The notes: generated by a model not told the origin, from the sequence alone. A DNA stretch of 64,000 nt from Eledone cirrhosa (GCA_964016885.1 OZ024741.1:300638001-300702000); one strand, 5' to 3'; positions 1-14,423 are shown, counted from the stretch's first letter. Numbers and translations: made by a program.

Positions 1-3000
1 CGACGGGGAGTGGGAAACGGAATCAGGAAAAAAGAAAAAAAGAAAAAGAAGCCAAAAAAGAAAAAATCCACTTCCTTCCCCCTCCAAAAACAAAATACAG
101 AGGGAAACAAATAAACTATCAGACAAAAAAGTTAAGACAGATATGCCACCATCCACACCAGCATCACCAACCCCATCACCACAAACACCGACACCATCAC
201 CATCATTAACCCCAACACCACCATCCCAACACCACAAAAGTCACCAAAAAGCGAAACAGAAACAAACCCAGAACAAACGCAAACAAAACAAAACAACCAA
301 AACGATACACACTATACAGCATTAAATTTGAACAAGAACCAATTATTACACTACATGCAACACAACACCAGCATCACAGAAAAGTATTACACAACACCCC
401 AAGTTCACACTACCTCCACATACAAATCACTCGCATCACACAGAAAACGTACACGACACTAAAACAAAAATTGCCCAAAGACATCGGAAACTTCCGACAA
501 GCACTCTCCAGGAGCATTTATGAGGACATCCTTCCTGAGGAGGCCACAAGCAGTGAAAAGGATGGGCAAACCATCCTTCCTCTACGAGAAGTAAGGTAAG
601 TGGTCTTTCCCATCTTTTCCACTCCATTTCAACATGACCTCACTCAGAATAGGCAGCATAAATGCGCGTGGCTTGGGGTCATCATGGAAGCAGGGCCACC
701 TGCTCAACGACCTCAGGTCACTAAACATAGATGTAGTGGCCATCAGCGAGACCAGAATCTCCGAAGCACGGGCCTTCGCACCGATCTTCGGTGGCTACGA
801 TGTGTACGCATCTCCCAGCCGACCTGGATCGGGGGGAGGTTTGGATCTCGCCATACGGGCCATCTTCCTGGACCCAGAAGGTAAGTTGGTGGTGCTGGAC
901 GGGACAGCGGAGACGGGAAAGCTTCCAGGCTAGTGGCCGTCTATGGCCCGACAGGAGCAGAGCGGCTTGATTTCTTCCGGCGTCTGGAGACCTTTCTTGG
1001 AATGTCCCGTCTTTAGTGTTAGTGAGCGACTGGAACGGGATCTTAGATGCACGCTGGAACCTGTGTGGGATTAGCGGATAGGAGAGGAGGGTGCAAGCGC
1101 CTCACCAACCTGCCCAGGCGTTTTGAACTGTCTGACAGGTACCGATTGGATATCCCGAATGTGCCAATGTGGACTTGGACAAACCGTATAAGGTCATCCA
1201 GATCATATCTAAATAGAGTAATTTGTAGGGAAATAGATGGGTCTAGCATTGGGTATCCACAATTCAAGATAGTCAGCTACACGGACCACAACTTCGTGAT
1301 CTGTGTGCTTGATTTAGATAGGCTTCATAGACGAGGACCCGGGTACTGGAAGCTAAACGCGTCCTTACCAGCGCGCGAGGCCTACAGAGACCGGATTAGC
1401 GAACTAGTTAAGCGGGCATTGACGGCGGCCATCATCAACAACAAGTGGTGGTTTGCTCTCAAAAGAGCTATTAGAATAGAGTTCATTAGGTATAGTAAGG
1501 CTTTAGCTATAGAAAAAAATAGAGCAGAGGGAGAACTAGTTCGAAAATTAGGCGAGGGGCTTAGCAAAGGCATCGCGACCGACGTACTTGCGGCGAAATT
1601 GCCCCTCGACTAATTCTTCAATGCAAAGCTCGAAGGCTGCGTTGTCAGAGCTAGGGTGCGTGCTCTCAGAGACGAGGGGACGAAAGCCGTTCAATGGGTC
1701 CGAGTGGCGTAGGGGCGTCGTGGCAACAAAGCCACGATCCGGTCTTTGGTGGACCACGACGGGCGCATGCTACTCGATCCTGGGCAAATGTGTGAAGCTT
1801 TTCAGCGACACTTCACTCAGCTGTTTGAGGGCAGCGGCGGGTCGGGTCGAGGGATGGACTTTAGTCTCTACCTCGACGGACTACCGCGACTTTCGGCCAC
1901 TGAGGCGGAGTGTTGCGAAAATCCGATAACAGCCGCTAAAATAGGAGGCAATGACTGGCTGCACAATGGGTAAATCGCCTGGTTTGGATGGTCTGCCCTA
2001 TGAACTTTACGTACAGATGCCAGACTTGTTTGGAGGCCTCTTGGCGGACGTCTACTGCAATTGGCAACAGAACGGGAGAAGAGAAGGCTAACCCTGAAAA
2101 ATCGAGCGGAGGTGGCTAACGCGTACATCGCGTCCGTCATCTACTACCGCCTGACCGTCGTACCTTGTCCTAAACCCCGTCTCACTGCGCTGGAGCATTT
2201 GCTCTTTCGCTTTTTGTGGAAGAGGCGCGCTCCGATGGTCAGGCGGTCCATCTGCTGTCAACACCCGCTATGTGGAGGGCTGGGCATGATCAGGTGTGGT
2301 TGCCGTTTGCTAGACGCGTCTTTCCCCAGCTCGTCTCCTTGACTGAGCTGCAGTCCTGTGTCAAGCGAAGACAGAGAAGGAGCGTTTGGAGACTGGAATG
2401 TCTTCAGGCGCTCACAGCCCTCGACCAATCGGGCAATGTGATCGGTGGAAATTCCACCTTGGCATTCTATAGAGGATTAGAAGCGGGGAAGAGCGACGAC
2501 GTACTTAGGGAAAATTTAGGCGTCGACGAAAATCAACTAACCATCTTTTCGGAAGAACTTTCGGGTCGGGGCCTATGGACAACTTCCAGAAATCTCTGGC
2601 CTGGCAGTGCTACCGTGGAGCTTTGCCAGTTCGGGATAAACTCTACAGGCATGGAGGTGCCGTCAGCCGGGCATGTCCGAGATGCGCGCAGGGCGACGAA
2701 ACCCTCCTGCACGCACTCGTCCAGTGACCGAGCATTGCTCTCTTGTGGATTTATGTCGAACACCTGCTGTCACGTGTAGGACAGATCCAGCTATCAGCTG
2801 AGTCCATCGTGAGGATTGCCCCGCCCTCTTCATTTAGCCAGGAAGTGCAGGCACTTTTTATCTGTCTGGTGGCCATGGCGAAAGAGATAGTATGGTGGTC
2901 ACGTCTGAAAGGGCTGAAGACGAGCACTTACCTCTTCGGTGATGCCCTGATTAACTTTTTCAAATTTCATTTGAGAAGGAAAATCAGGGTAGAGAGGGAA

Positions 3001-3340
3001 GTGCTCTCTTCCCAGCATTTTATTGAAAGATGGGTGAGAGAGGCAAGAATAGCCCGAGTGAATGGGCCTACTCCGAGTATGTGTCTGTAAATTAAAGGTG
3101 GAAAACTGGGAGAGGGCACTTGCCTTGGTGATCAGTGTCACGGTGGCTTTCTTTAATGGGCTTTCTCCATGAATGTCCCTCGCAAGTCTCCCCCCTATTG
3201 GGGAATTTTTTCATTGTTCTATTATTACATCCTCTGTTTTTTTTTTTTACACGCAGAAATGCCCTTTTGTACCGTCCTGTATTGTCCTGTACTGTCCTTA
3301 ATGTCTACTTTGTGTAAGCCCTGTGGTTAATAAAGAAAGC
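1..3340 (+). mobile_element. Decayed L1/Tx1-clade non-LTR retrotransposon (possible ORF1 tail, ORF2 remnants, 3' end)
   Basis: ORF fragments from 634 show APE-endonuclease motifs (GSINARGL, ISET, YTDH, GPGYWKLN), PGLDGLPYE near 1980 and a C-terminal CPRC..H motif near 2672. AATAAA at ~3328 is followed by an (ATT)n tail. The 5' part (1-600) is A/C-rich low complexity and less certain. Confidence 0.85.
634..3090 (+). pseudogene. LINE ORF2 pseudogene (APE endonuclease; RT core deleted)
   Basis: Frameshifted pieces 634-933, 1047-1613, 1746-1973, 2061-2342 and 2743-3090. The sequence jumps from pre-RT NWQQNG to post-RT RRLTLKNRAEV at ~2080. Confidence 0.8.
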
Positions 3341-3364
3341 ATTATCATCATTATTATTATTATT

Positions 3365-3725
3365 CCTTGGCAGTATTGGTAGAGGGCCAGACACCATGAT
3401 TTGCAAAATCGAGTTATGGCTCGTTACGTTCTGAGTTCAAATCCCGCTGAGTTTAACTTTGCTTTTCATCCTTACGGGGGTCGATAAAATAACGTACCAG
3501 TATTACACTGACGTTGATTTGATCGACATTCCCCTCCGCTTCAAATCTCTGGCCTTGTGCCTAAAGTAGAAATAATAATTATTATTATGTCCCTTTACAG
3601 CTTGAGTTCAAATCCCGCCGAGGTTAACTTTACCTTTCATCGTTATGGGGGTCGATAAATGTCGATAATGTACCAGTACTGGGATTATTGCTGGCCTTGT
3701 GCCAAAAGCAGAAACATTATTATTA
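3365..3725 (+). mobile_element. tRNA-derived SINE with partial tandem duplication
   Basis: A box-like TGGCAGTATTGG. B box GAGTTCAAATCC occurs twice (~3433, ~3604). Body CTTTCATC..GGGGTCGATAAA..GTACCAGT, then an (ATT)n tail. Confidence 0.8.
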
Positions 3726-4748
3726 TTCTTCGATGAAAATATTCCATGATTTCTAGTAACTGATTATCTCATGACTTCGTTGAAAATTTAACACTTTCGT
3801 ACTCTTCTGCAACAATGAAGCTAATTACCAGATAGCAAGACTGCTTCAGATATCAAGATACCAAGATATTCATAATTAGCGCAAAATACAAGAAACAAAT
3901 ATTACGTCGTTTGAAAATAACGTTCTTTATCTACTATCTTTAATATCCGATTATTTGATAATTGTAAAATTCCATAACCTGGGAAAACAATAAGCCGGTA
4001 TTTTCACATGAGGAGCGATAATAAGATTATATATATATATATATGTTATCACGCAAAGCTTATTTAAATTTGGCTTATAAATCTTTGTCCCCGATGCATT
4101 GCTACTTTTTTCAGTAACTAACTTTTTTTCAGTATTCTTCATGAGCTAAATATTAAATTATACCTTTCATTTGTTTTGTAACTTTCAAACTAATTACTTA
4201 TTAAATGAAACGTAAGCAAATTATTTTTGGTATCTTTATAAAAGGATAACCATCAGTAATACTAATCATTTTCCCATAATATGATTGCGTTCAAAAGCAA
4301 ATAAATAAACATATATGGTTGCAACAGCGAGTTGTTTACCATTGTAAATATATCAAGTATATGTCGTTTACACTTGTAACATTGATTTTAATGCGGCGAA
4401 TATGCGGCTATGCTACATACTGTGTGTTTTGTGCATTTACACCTGGGAGAATCCATCCTTCTCCAGGATAGAACATAGCCAATTTGGGAGCATGTGAGAA
4501 AGTCAGAAAGAAACCACACTGGTACTCGATTTGCATTTAATTTATCAACCGAGAATGGAAGAAAGGCAAGCTTAACCTCGATGGTATTTAATGTCAAAAT
4601 ATAGAGAGCCGAAACAAATATCATAAAGCCGTTTATCTGAACTTCTAAAAGCTCATTCATCAAATATAATGAATCCCGATAGTTATTAAGAATTATTAGA
4701 AGCCAGTATTATGATGACAAACATAGTTTAACACACACGTGTGCGCGC

Positions 4749-4755
4749 GCACACA

Positions 4756-4826
<71 letters not shown>

Positions 4827-4874
4827 GCACACACACACACACACACGCACACACACGGACACACACACACACAG

Positions 4875-4943
<69 letters not shown>

Positions 4944-4945
4944 TT
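4749..4945. repeat. (CA)n/(TA)n compound microsatellite, representative of dozens in the window
   Basis: Seen directly. Such tracts generate the [12 protein letters not shown] ORFs in the track. Confidence 0.98.
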
Positions 4946-5505
4946 CAGTAATCAGTGTTGGCTGCACCAAGCCATCGGCCACTTATGGTGTGAGCAAACA
5001 TAAGCACTCCACGTAATAGGTATCATAAGGCAAAACGTATATGGTAACAGATGGAGTATCGTTAATAACAAAACGGAGACGTTTTCACAAATTCAACTTC
5101 AGTTTATTACAGCACAGCTGAAACAAATGATGAGGCACTAAAGAACTTTTGATGACATCGTGATAATAATACGGGTACGATGATTGTCCTCACCCACTGA
5201 GAGTTAAACGATGGATTATATTGATAAAAAAAAACTGGTAAATCGCCTTGTAAAAATTATTTGACCTACGACCTATTTGAGAACCAGAGTGACTGACTAG
5301 AGAATGGGCAGCCTGGACCCCTTTAGTACACAGATCTACTTTCACTTTCTACGATCACCGCAATCGCTTCTACTCCTCTGCCTCTGGGTTGCCTGCACAA
5401 GGGTTCATATAGTATATGCCTGTTGGAACCCGAAATGACGATATCCATTCGACGGCAGGCATATCACAAATAAAAACCAAAAATTGAACATATTTTACAA
5501 TTAAA

Positions 5506-5582
5506 CACCTGTCTGACGATAACGATTTGAGTATATGTTATATGATGATATTTTGCTACCTTTAAAATGTACATAACAGGTG
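5506..5582 (+). ncRNA. Decayed type I hammerhead ribozyme
   Basis: Stem I CACCTGT/ACAGGTG, core CTGACGA, AAAA in place of GAAA, palindromic stem III ATGTACAT, AUA site. Stem II is poorly paired. Confidence 0.6.
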
Positions 5583-5633
5583 AGATCTAATGAACTAAAG
5601 TTGAATACGTGAAACTGTCTTTTATATATTTTT

Positions 5634-5681
<48 letters not shown>

Positions 5682-6122
5682 CTATAAATTTTATTGGGAA
5701 CAAATATATTTATGGAGACGTGTAGTGAGCCGTAATGACATAGTTCGTGTCTTGGACCTTTGAAACCTGGCAGAGCCCTCACCTTCTCCAGAACTGAACA
5801 AGAACGATTTCTTCTCGACCAGGAGAAAGACTGATAGAAAGTACATGAAACGACCTCCGTAGTGGACTGGAACTTTATTTATCGATCTCGAATTGATGAA
5901 ATGCAATGTTGACCTTGACGGCAATTGAACGTAGAGCACAGTGATCCGAAATATATACCGCTAACAATTATATCGAGAACATGTAGTGACTATTGAAATC
6001 ATTTATAGTGTTATTGTGAATTGTTTTACCGATTAGTAATGGAAAACTCTTTTACTCTTATGTTCGAGATCACTTTGGAGTTCAGCGAAGCTTTAATTCA
6101 TAGCGATGTACAAATATACTTG

Positions 6123-6275
6123 TTTCTACTTTAGGCACAAGGCCAGCAATTACCCAGTGCATTACTGGTACTTTATTTTATCGACCCCGTAAGGATGAAA
6201 GGCAAAGTCAACCTCGGCGGGATTTGAACTCAGATCGTAAAGGGACGTAACTATGCTGGAAAGCATGGCGTCCGA
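6123..6275 (-). mobile_element. tRNA-derived SINE (same family, 5'-truncated)
   Basis: Reverse complement of the body and B box (GGATTTGAACTC) of the SINE at 37589. Confidence 0.85.
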
Positions 6276-7380
6276 TGTACAAATATACTGAAGAATGTTG
6301 TTATCGCTTCTCCGCTTCTGGGAGAGATCTGTTAAAATTCCATTACTGTAATATAAAATAATGAACTACAAACCAGAAGAATTTCGCATATAATGAGTAT
6401 CGTAATGGAATATGGATTCTGTTCAATATAGACGTGATGCTCTCATAGTTATTACTGTTGTTTGCTGCCGTGTCAGATCTGATCAAATAGATTATACAAA
6501 TAGATTAAAATATAGGCAGGGATTGACATTATTCGTGTTCACATGTATGGAAGTCTGTATATCTGCCTACTTGTCAGTAAGTGTTTGTTTACACATGTAT
6601 TTAGTGGCCCACGGTAACAGAAATAACCAGCTCATGAAAGGGTATTAGCTCACCCCCACCATCACACCACTCCACCAGCTCTGTCTCTCGTATGACGCCT
6701 CATAGACCCAGTGGACAAAATTGAAAATATGTTACTCTTTTTTGCCAGGCTCATCTAGTGGAAGTGGGAGTATAGTTCAGTAACTCAACTTATGTTGCAA
6801 TAACACCTTGCGATCATCAGCTTGTGGGGTACCGAAACCTAATGCATTTTATCTCAGGCATTTAATAACGTTTTTTATGTCACATTCCGTTTAAGAAAGT
6901 TAAAAGAAATATGTGGTTTTGCTTGCATTTGAACCACTAGCAGTTTCTAGTGTAAAAATTAAAATTATCTCCTCTTACTTTTTAACTTTAAAATTAAAAT
7001 TAATTAACATTGAAATTAAAATTATTCCTCTTATTTTTTAGCTTTTTCTTGTTATTTGTTTTCCTTATTCCCACATACTCTCTATATTACCCTTTATATA
7101 CCCAGGCCTTTTGATTTTTAGATATTAATTGTACGTGTATGTATGTTGTCGTGTATAAGTGTAATTAAGTGTATGTATATATATATATATGTGTATATGT
7201 ATATATAAAATATATATATATATGTGTATGTGTATGTATGTATATATATATGTGTGTGTGTGTGTTTATATGTGTGTGTGTGTATTTTTATTTATGTGGT
7301 ATTGTAACCCTTTGTACTTATGTGTGTGTGTATATATATACATATATATATATATATGTGCGTATATATATATATATGTG

Positions 7381-7412
<32 letters not shown>

Positions 7413-7417
<5 letters not shown>

Positions 7418-9406
7418 ATAATAATAAAATTGAAGACTAAAATCCATATGGGTAATAAAAACATACGGGTAACATATACTTACCTATGCAAATAAGTAAA
7501 GGAATAAACAAAACATATACTTAGCTCCCACATCAAGACGTAAAATATCCACGTATAGATCGTGCTATCCGCTAGGGTATAACGCGTGGCTGTAATACAG
7601 GAAAGTTTTGTGCAATTTATGTTTACAAGCCGAAATTGCCTCAGATTTTTTGTTTAAGATGTGGTCTGTGGCGTAGAGTATTTCCAGGGCCTCAGCGGCC
7701 CAGAGGTCACATGGTATTTTATTTCCGTTATACGATCTAGCCCTAGCTAGGATCTCCCAGTGTAACTTATATTGGGTGTGGTTGTCTTTTAGACTCCAGA
7801 TATAAGCTGAAAGTGACGCCATATTCCTTCTTAGAGGGTAACGAAAAGAATGGGTATGCATATAAAGACGCTGCTTGAAACTATTGGCGGTTAACCCTAT
7901 GTAGCCCCTACGGGACGTGGGTGTTACAACCTTACATTTGTAGAAAATGTTACTAGAGAGGCATTTCCCGGATAGTGGGCAATCAGCCCGATTCCTACAA
8001 TTACAGTTAGTACTAACTACAGGGTTGCACGTGTTCCTACGGCTAGGTAGTTTAGCTAAATTTGAAGCTGTGATGTTATGTGCAAGGTTAGGAGTCGTAG
8101 AGTAAGAAATGTTAATAGTATTTCAATTAAAATGTTTACTATATTTATGTGTAGGGGGAAAATGCTTCGTAATAAGGGAAAGAAAGATCTTAGCTAATGG
8201 TGTGGCCACCTCCATATTATATGGTGGGTTAAACCAACAAATGCGACGAGATCTATTTCTTCTAGGTCTATTTTCGTACTCTGTATATGCTACCTTATCG
8301 ACAAATCCACTTCGAGCAAGAGCTTCATTGTAATAAGTGGAATGGTCGTTGAAAATGCGCTCGTTGGTGGAATGACGGGAAAGCCTCAACGAAACGTTTT
8401 TTACCAGGTTCTTGGTTATGCTGGCAGGATGGTTGGAATGTTTACTTATGTAATTAAGCGTATCATTCGGCTTTCTATACGGGTAATACAACCCATTCAA
8501 TAAATTGAGGGTAACGTCGAGGTAATTAACGACCGAGAGATTGGCCTCAACCTGTATAGAGAGGTTGAAGCCTTTAAAGAAGGCTGTGAGTTCTTTTCTG
8601 AACCTGTCGCAAGCACGAGGTCCTCACTTAGTCATGGTCAAAAGACCATCGTCACGGTACAAACCACCGCCCGCGTTGCGGAATTCGTCCTTGATAGAGA
8701 AAAGAAGGAAAAGGCAAATAAGATCAGTAACCTCCGCAGAGTCACTGGCGCCCATACTCACGTCGAATGGGGTACTATTGGATTTTTTAATCCAAATAGA
8801 GTCGTCGAAATTAATCACCGACTTTCGAGCGTTAAGGATGACATCAACTTCGAAATCCTTAACCACTGGGAGTGTTTTAGCGAAATTGATAGCTCTAAGG
8901 AGAAGTGGTAAAGTGATGGAGGAGTAGTAATCGTTGATGTCGAATTGGATAAAACGGCAATGTTCCTTGTTACATATGCCGTTCAACCAATCAATCACCG
9001 CTAAAGAATTGTTCCACAGTGCGAGAGGGGCCAAACTTCTAATTTCAGGTATAATTCTATCAAGAATCGTTTTACTAAGTCTACCTAAATCGGACTTCGT
9101 AGGGTTAATAAGCCGAATAGAGGGGTTGTTCGGAAAATTGGATTTGTGATCCTTCAGGGTAAAGTGGGGAGAGATAGGGTCCAGAGGTTCGGTCCGGTCC
9201 AGGATGTTGAGATCAGATGTGATTTTAAACCCAGCATCGATTGATTTCATTGATGACACAGCGATTAGTTTTACGGTAATCCTTAGTTACAGCATTATGT
9301 AGTAGTTGATGGTAAGTACTGCGCTCCACTTGATATAGGTTGCCAGTTTTGTCGGAATGGACGTCAGCGATTCTTTGCTTAAACTTTAATCTGTTATTTT
9401 AATAAA
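7413..9406 (-). mobile_element. Penelope-like element family A (Neptune-like), 5'-truncated, with inverted pLTR piece
   Basis: RT fragments 8624-9259 (GGGLYRDDGL) and 8123-8500, GIY-YIG region ~7565-8105, highly similar to the 15.4-17.3 kb copy. 9366-9406 is an inverted pLTR fragment. Flanked by (TA)n. Confidence 0.92.
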
Positions 9407-9469
<63 letters not shown>

Positions 9470-9711
9470 GTATATATATTTGTGTGTAGTTGGTTGTGTG
9501 TGTGTGTATGTATGGTTTTGTATGTATATGCATAATTACATACAGAGTTTTTTAATGCTTACTTTTATTGATTATTTGCTTCAGGAACTGTTGAGTGCAC
9601 TTAATCAGCTATAAACATTTATAACTTTATTTTTTTTGTCGTATGCCCTACTATTTGAATACCCGTTCCTTCCCTTTATTTTTATTTTGTGTATGTATGT
9701 ATATATATGTG

Positions 9712-9765
<54 letters not shown>

Positions 9766-9836
9766 ATATATATATATATATATAAGTATATATGTATATA
9801 TATATACATAAAATTGAAAATAAATGTTTAAGTATT

Positions 9837-9884
<48 letters not shown>

Positions 9885-11188
9885 ATATGTTTGTATTCAT
9901 GTATGTCTGTATATGTATAACTATGTATATGTGTGTATATGTATAAATATGTATATGTGTCCCTTCAAAATTTTTAGTTAAATATACGTAAGATAAATTT
10001 CTATACTAAATGTATAAAACATACTATTATCTTGAAATTATAACTTAAAATATTCTATAATATTTTAAAATTGTATTGCTTTTAAAGTTATATTGCTTAT
10101 AATTATATTTCCAAATTGTAATATAATCCTTTTGTATTTTATGTACTCAATTATACTATGTACTCTATTCATATATACTTCTCTCTATATGTGAGTATAT
10201 ATGTATATGTGTGTATTGACATACATGTACATATGTTCTATGCGTTTTTATGAATGTATGTCTGTATGTATGTATATGTATGCGTGATGCGTATCTACCT
10301 ATTGGCTGAGGTTACGTACACACACATGTATATATATGTATATGTGAGAATTGTGTATATGCATGGGCGTGTATATCCATACAATTTGATTGCACTTATG
10401 TATAGTGATTATCCCAATGATTCCTGACAGATAGACATATAATTAACAGCCATAAATACTTAACATGTAATCTTATAAAACTTATATATAAAATTGTGTT
10501 TAATAACATAAAGTGTGTATAACATAAAATTTCCTTTAATATCTTAACAATTGTAACATTTTAAAGATTCTTATATCTTAAACTAAATTAAAGAATCCTT
10601 TCTGCTTCGTGTGTATATATTATATACGTAGTTAGATATGTTATGTATTTTATAAGTGTGTATATATATTTATATGTATTTTTGCGTGTGTATACGTGTT
10701 ATATGATATGTAGTTCTCTAGCAATATATGGATTTCTTAATTTATAGATCCCAATTTTTAATATATGGATCTCAATTTTTAAATGATTAACTAAACATCT
10801 AATCATATTTAAACACTGATTAATTTCTCATATTATATATGTATATTCCATTCATTATTATTAATATTTCTAATTTTATTTATTCATTTCTTCTCAATTG
10901 TTAAGTTAACTCAACAAGATATGACTTAGAATTTTCGTTCTCTCCCCTTCTCTCTGTCCCCTCTCTCTATATATATCTTTCTCTCCCTCTATCTTTTCTC
11001 TCTCTCCCTCTTTTTCTCTCTCTCCTTCTTTTTCTTTCTCTCTAACCCAACGGCTTATTTTAAAAATAAAAATATCCAATACTAATAATAATATAAGTAA
11101 ACAACTCCACTATTCGGGAGCTTCCAACAGTAATGGTTGCATTTTTTAAGGGTATGTCAATATTTATTTATAAAACTGATCTATATTA

Positions 11189-11253
11189 TATTTTGTCTGA
11201 TGAAAGCACACCATAATTTAACTTGGTGTCCTTGAAATATGTATAATGAAATA
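11189..11253 (+). ncRNA. Type I hammerhead ribozyme (relative of the family E pLTR)
   Basis: TATTTTGT-CTGATGA-stem II (AAG..ACACCA/TGGTGT..CTT)-GAAA-TATGTA-TA-ATGAAATA, then AATAAA and (TA)n. Confidence 0.75.
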
Positions 11254-11289
11254 AATATGCTTTTATAAATATAGTTTCCATTTGTTAAT

Positions 11290-11347
<58 letters not shown>

Positions 11348-11380
11348 CACATACATTTACATACATATACTCAAACACAT

Positions 11381-11415
<35 letters not shown>

Positions 11416-11587
11416 AAGAAAATACATAAATATTATATATATATAAAAATAAAAAGTTGGGAATACGACAAATAATAAATAAGTAAATAATTAGAAAAGG
11501 GTATAAATGTTTATAGATGATTTAGAGCACTCTTTTTTTTATTTAGGTTGTTTTTTTTGTGCATTTGCTTACCACGTGCATTTGGCC

Positions 11588-11624
<37 letters not shown>

Positions 11625-11993
11625 TTTAAAATACCAGTAATGCACTGGGTTTTGCTGGCCTTGTGCTTAACGTAGAAACAATTATTATTATTATTTTTAT
11701 TATTTTTATTTTTATTTTAAATTTTGCCGTCTTGTATCGCTGTCAACTTAATAATATTTTTTATTTTTTTTATTTTCTTAATCCTTATTTTTCATTTGCT
11801 TATTTGTATGTGACGGCCTACTATGATTATTTATCCTTATTTGTGTGTGTGCATATGTATGCTTTTATATGTGAGTACGTATGCATGTGTGTATGTATGT
11901 GTGTGTATATGTACGTATAGCTGTTGTTTGACTACTGGCCGTCTTGCCATCACTGTGGTGAGAAGGAGGGCTAATTTGAAAGATCGAATTACC

Positions 11994-12048
<55 letters not shown>

Positions 12049-12108
12049 GTATATATATATATATATATATATACATACATATATTTATATACATATATAT
12101 ATATATAC

Positions 12109-12231
<123 letters not shown>

Positions 12232-12280
12232 ATAGGATTGGCTGTGTAGTTGCTAGTTAATGTAGCTTAAAATGGAGTGA

Positions 12281-12783
12281 GAATAAGAAGAAAGCAAGAA
12301 TGGGGGGGGGGGCGTCCCTCATCAGTTGTCTACTGGAAGTTTCGGATATTTCCACGCTTTAAAGACAAGATATCTACCGCCCAGAGCGGTCAATAAATGG
12401 GTAAGCTATTGGGAAAACGGAGGAGGGGGGGGAAGGAAAATAGAAAGGAAAAGGGAAGAAAAGAGAAAACAGCGAAAAAAACAACAAACCGAGCAGTGTG
12501 GGAGCAACTTAAAGTAAGAAAATCCAAGACCACAGTTATAAAAGAACTTAAGTTCAAGGGAGTGTGGGCGAGCGAAAAGACACGTCTGTCCGCAGCATGC
12601 GAGGAAAACAATGAGGTGGCTGCCAGACGTGTCTTTCCTCCCTCCCCCGTTTTCCCAATAGCTTACCCAGTTATTGAACGCTCTGGGCGGGAGATATCTT
12701 GTCTTTAAAGCGTGGAAATATCCGAGACGCCCAGTAGACAACTGATGAGGAAAACTCTCCCCGTTCTTGCTTTCTTCTTATTC
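12281..12783. repeat. Inverted repeat (~150-bp arms) carrying hammerhead-like core pieces
   Basis: 12281-12430 is the reverse complement of ~12635-12783. Each arm has CCGA(A/G)AC..GTAGACAACTGATGAGG. Confidence 0.85.
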
Positions 12784-12851
12784 ATTCTGATTATTACTGG
12801 AATTCTATAAGAATCCAACATCTATAATATTCAACAGGCAAAGGCGAGTGC

Positions 12852-12897
12852 TAAGCTCTGATGATTACCAACGGTATGAAACAGATCTGTCAGCTTA
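12852..12897 (+). ncRNA. Type I hammerhead ribozyme, canonical
   Basis: TAAGCT-CTGATGA-T-TACC-AAC-GGTA-T-GAAA-CAGATCTG-TC-AGCTTA. Palindromic stem III ACAGATCTGT; GUC site after 12891. Confidence 0.9.
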
Positions 12898-13164
12898 TCT
12901 GCCTTTCTTTGTTGAAAAAAGAAGTGACATAGTCACTTCTTTAAAATAATAGCGTAAGGTCTTCAAAATGTTTTTAATTAAGCATACAGTATATTGCAAA
13001 ATATACTATATATACACTCATGTATACATTGCTATTTCAGAGCACCAATTCTAATTTTCAATTTTTGCTGGACCGGCAATCGCTCTGTATAATCAGTTCC
13101 TGATTATTACTGGAATTCTATAAGAATCCAACATCTATAATTTTCAACAGGCAAATACGAGTGC

Positions 13165-13210
13165 TAAGCTCTGATGATTACCAACCGTATGAAACAGATC
13201 TGTCAGCTTA
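13165..13210 (+). ncRNA. Type I hammerhead ribozyme, second tandem copy
   Basis: Same as 12852 with one stem II mismatch (TACC/CGTA). GUC site after 13204. Confidence 0.82.
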
Positions 13211-13300
13211 TCTCCCTTTGTTTGTTGAAAAATAAAGTAAGTGACATAGTCACTACTTTAAAATAATAGCGCAATATTATATACTAATATACAATTAAGC

Positions 13301-13335
<35 letters not shown>

Positions 13336-14423
13336 CCATACACTTATCTACCCTTTTATCTGTCAATCTACTTACCTAACTCTCCTTGTATCTGCCTATA
13401 TGTGTGGTTGTTGTATAACTATACGTCCAACTGCCAATCTATAGTTATCAATGTACTCATTAAAAAAGTAGAAGGTCAGACTGGAAATTTTCTTTATAAT
13501 TTTAATCCCGCGAAAACAATATACATATTCAGATAGCCCAGCTTTATCATCCGATCATGAAGCAATACGTACGTGATTTCATCAGTTGTTAATTGCAGAA
13601 TTATTTCTGTGTGATAACAGAATTACGACGAACAGAAACAGAGAATAGAAAATAGAGGACTGATTTGATACGGAGATGGCCCGCTAATTTAGTGTTTAAC
13701 GGAAAACCATCCCCGTATGTATCTTTATCAATACATCTACTCAGGTCCAGAACAAACTCAATAACAAAGCATTTATCCAAATAGCAATGGGAAAATAGAT
13801 CGATAGAAAAACAGAGAGACGGACAGATGGTAATGTAGATATATACAAAGGTAGAACAAAGTTATCATAATTTAACGAATACATGTTTCATACGTATTAA
13901 CGAAAATATGGAAGGAGATAATTGTAATTGATTTAAATAGATATGAAATGAAGTGCTGGAGGGAGTGACAAGAAGATGATGAAGGAAAATTGAACATCCA
14001 ACTAACTTTACATGGAATGTTCTGACAAAGGAATTGTGTTGTTTGTCTAACATCTGTTCTCACGACGACTATTCTAGTTGTTCGATCAACCGGAAAATAA
14101 GTTCATGAAATTAATGAATGACAGTCCATTTCAGAGACAGATGCACCCTTGACTTAGTTCCGTGGGAGATTCAATGTAATACGGTGTATCTCAAGGCTGG
14201 TCCTTTGAATTAAATTGACTTCGTAGCTGTCTAGACGGAGCTAACTCGAATTAAAATCTTCTCGAGGTCACGAATTGCCATCATGAATATAACACATGAC
14301 CTTAAGATAGTGAGCCGAAAATCTTAAACATCAGCTGAGGTGACTTCATACTAATAAAACCCATGCTCACACACATATATATATATATACACACATATAT
14401 ATAAATATATATATATATATATG

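Larger units (their letters stand above)
12787..13272 (+). mobile_element. 313-bp partial tandem (about 1.55 copies) with one HHR per unit; retrozyme-like
   Basis: CTGATTATTACTGG begins at 12787 and 13100. No ORF. Ends near (TA)n. Confidence 0.8.

Noticed and set aside
4696-5016. ORFs of [12 protein letters not shown] type here and throughout the window
   Set aside because: Translations of (TA)n, (CA)n and (GA)n microsatellites.
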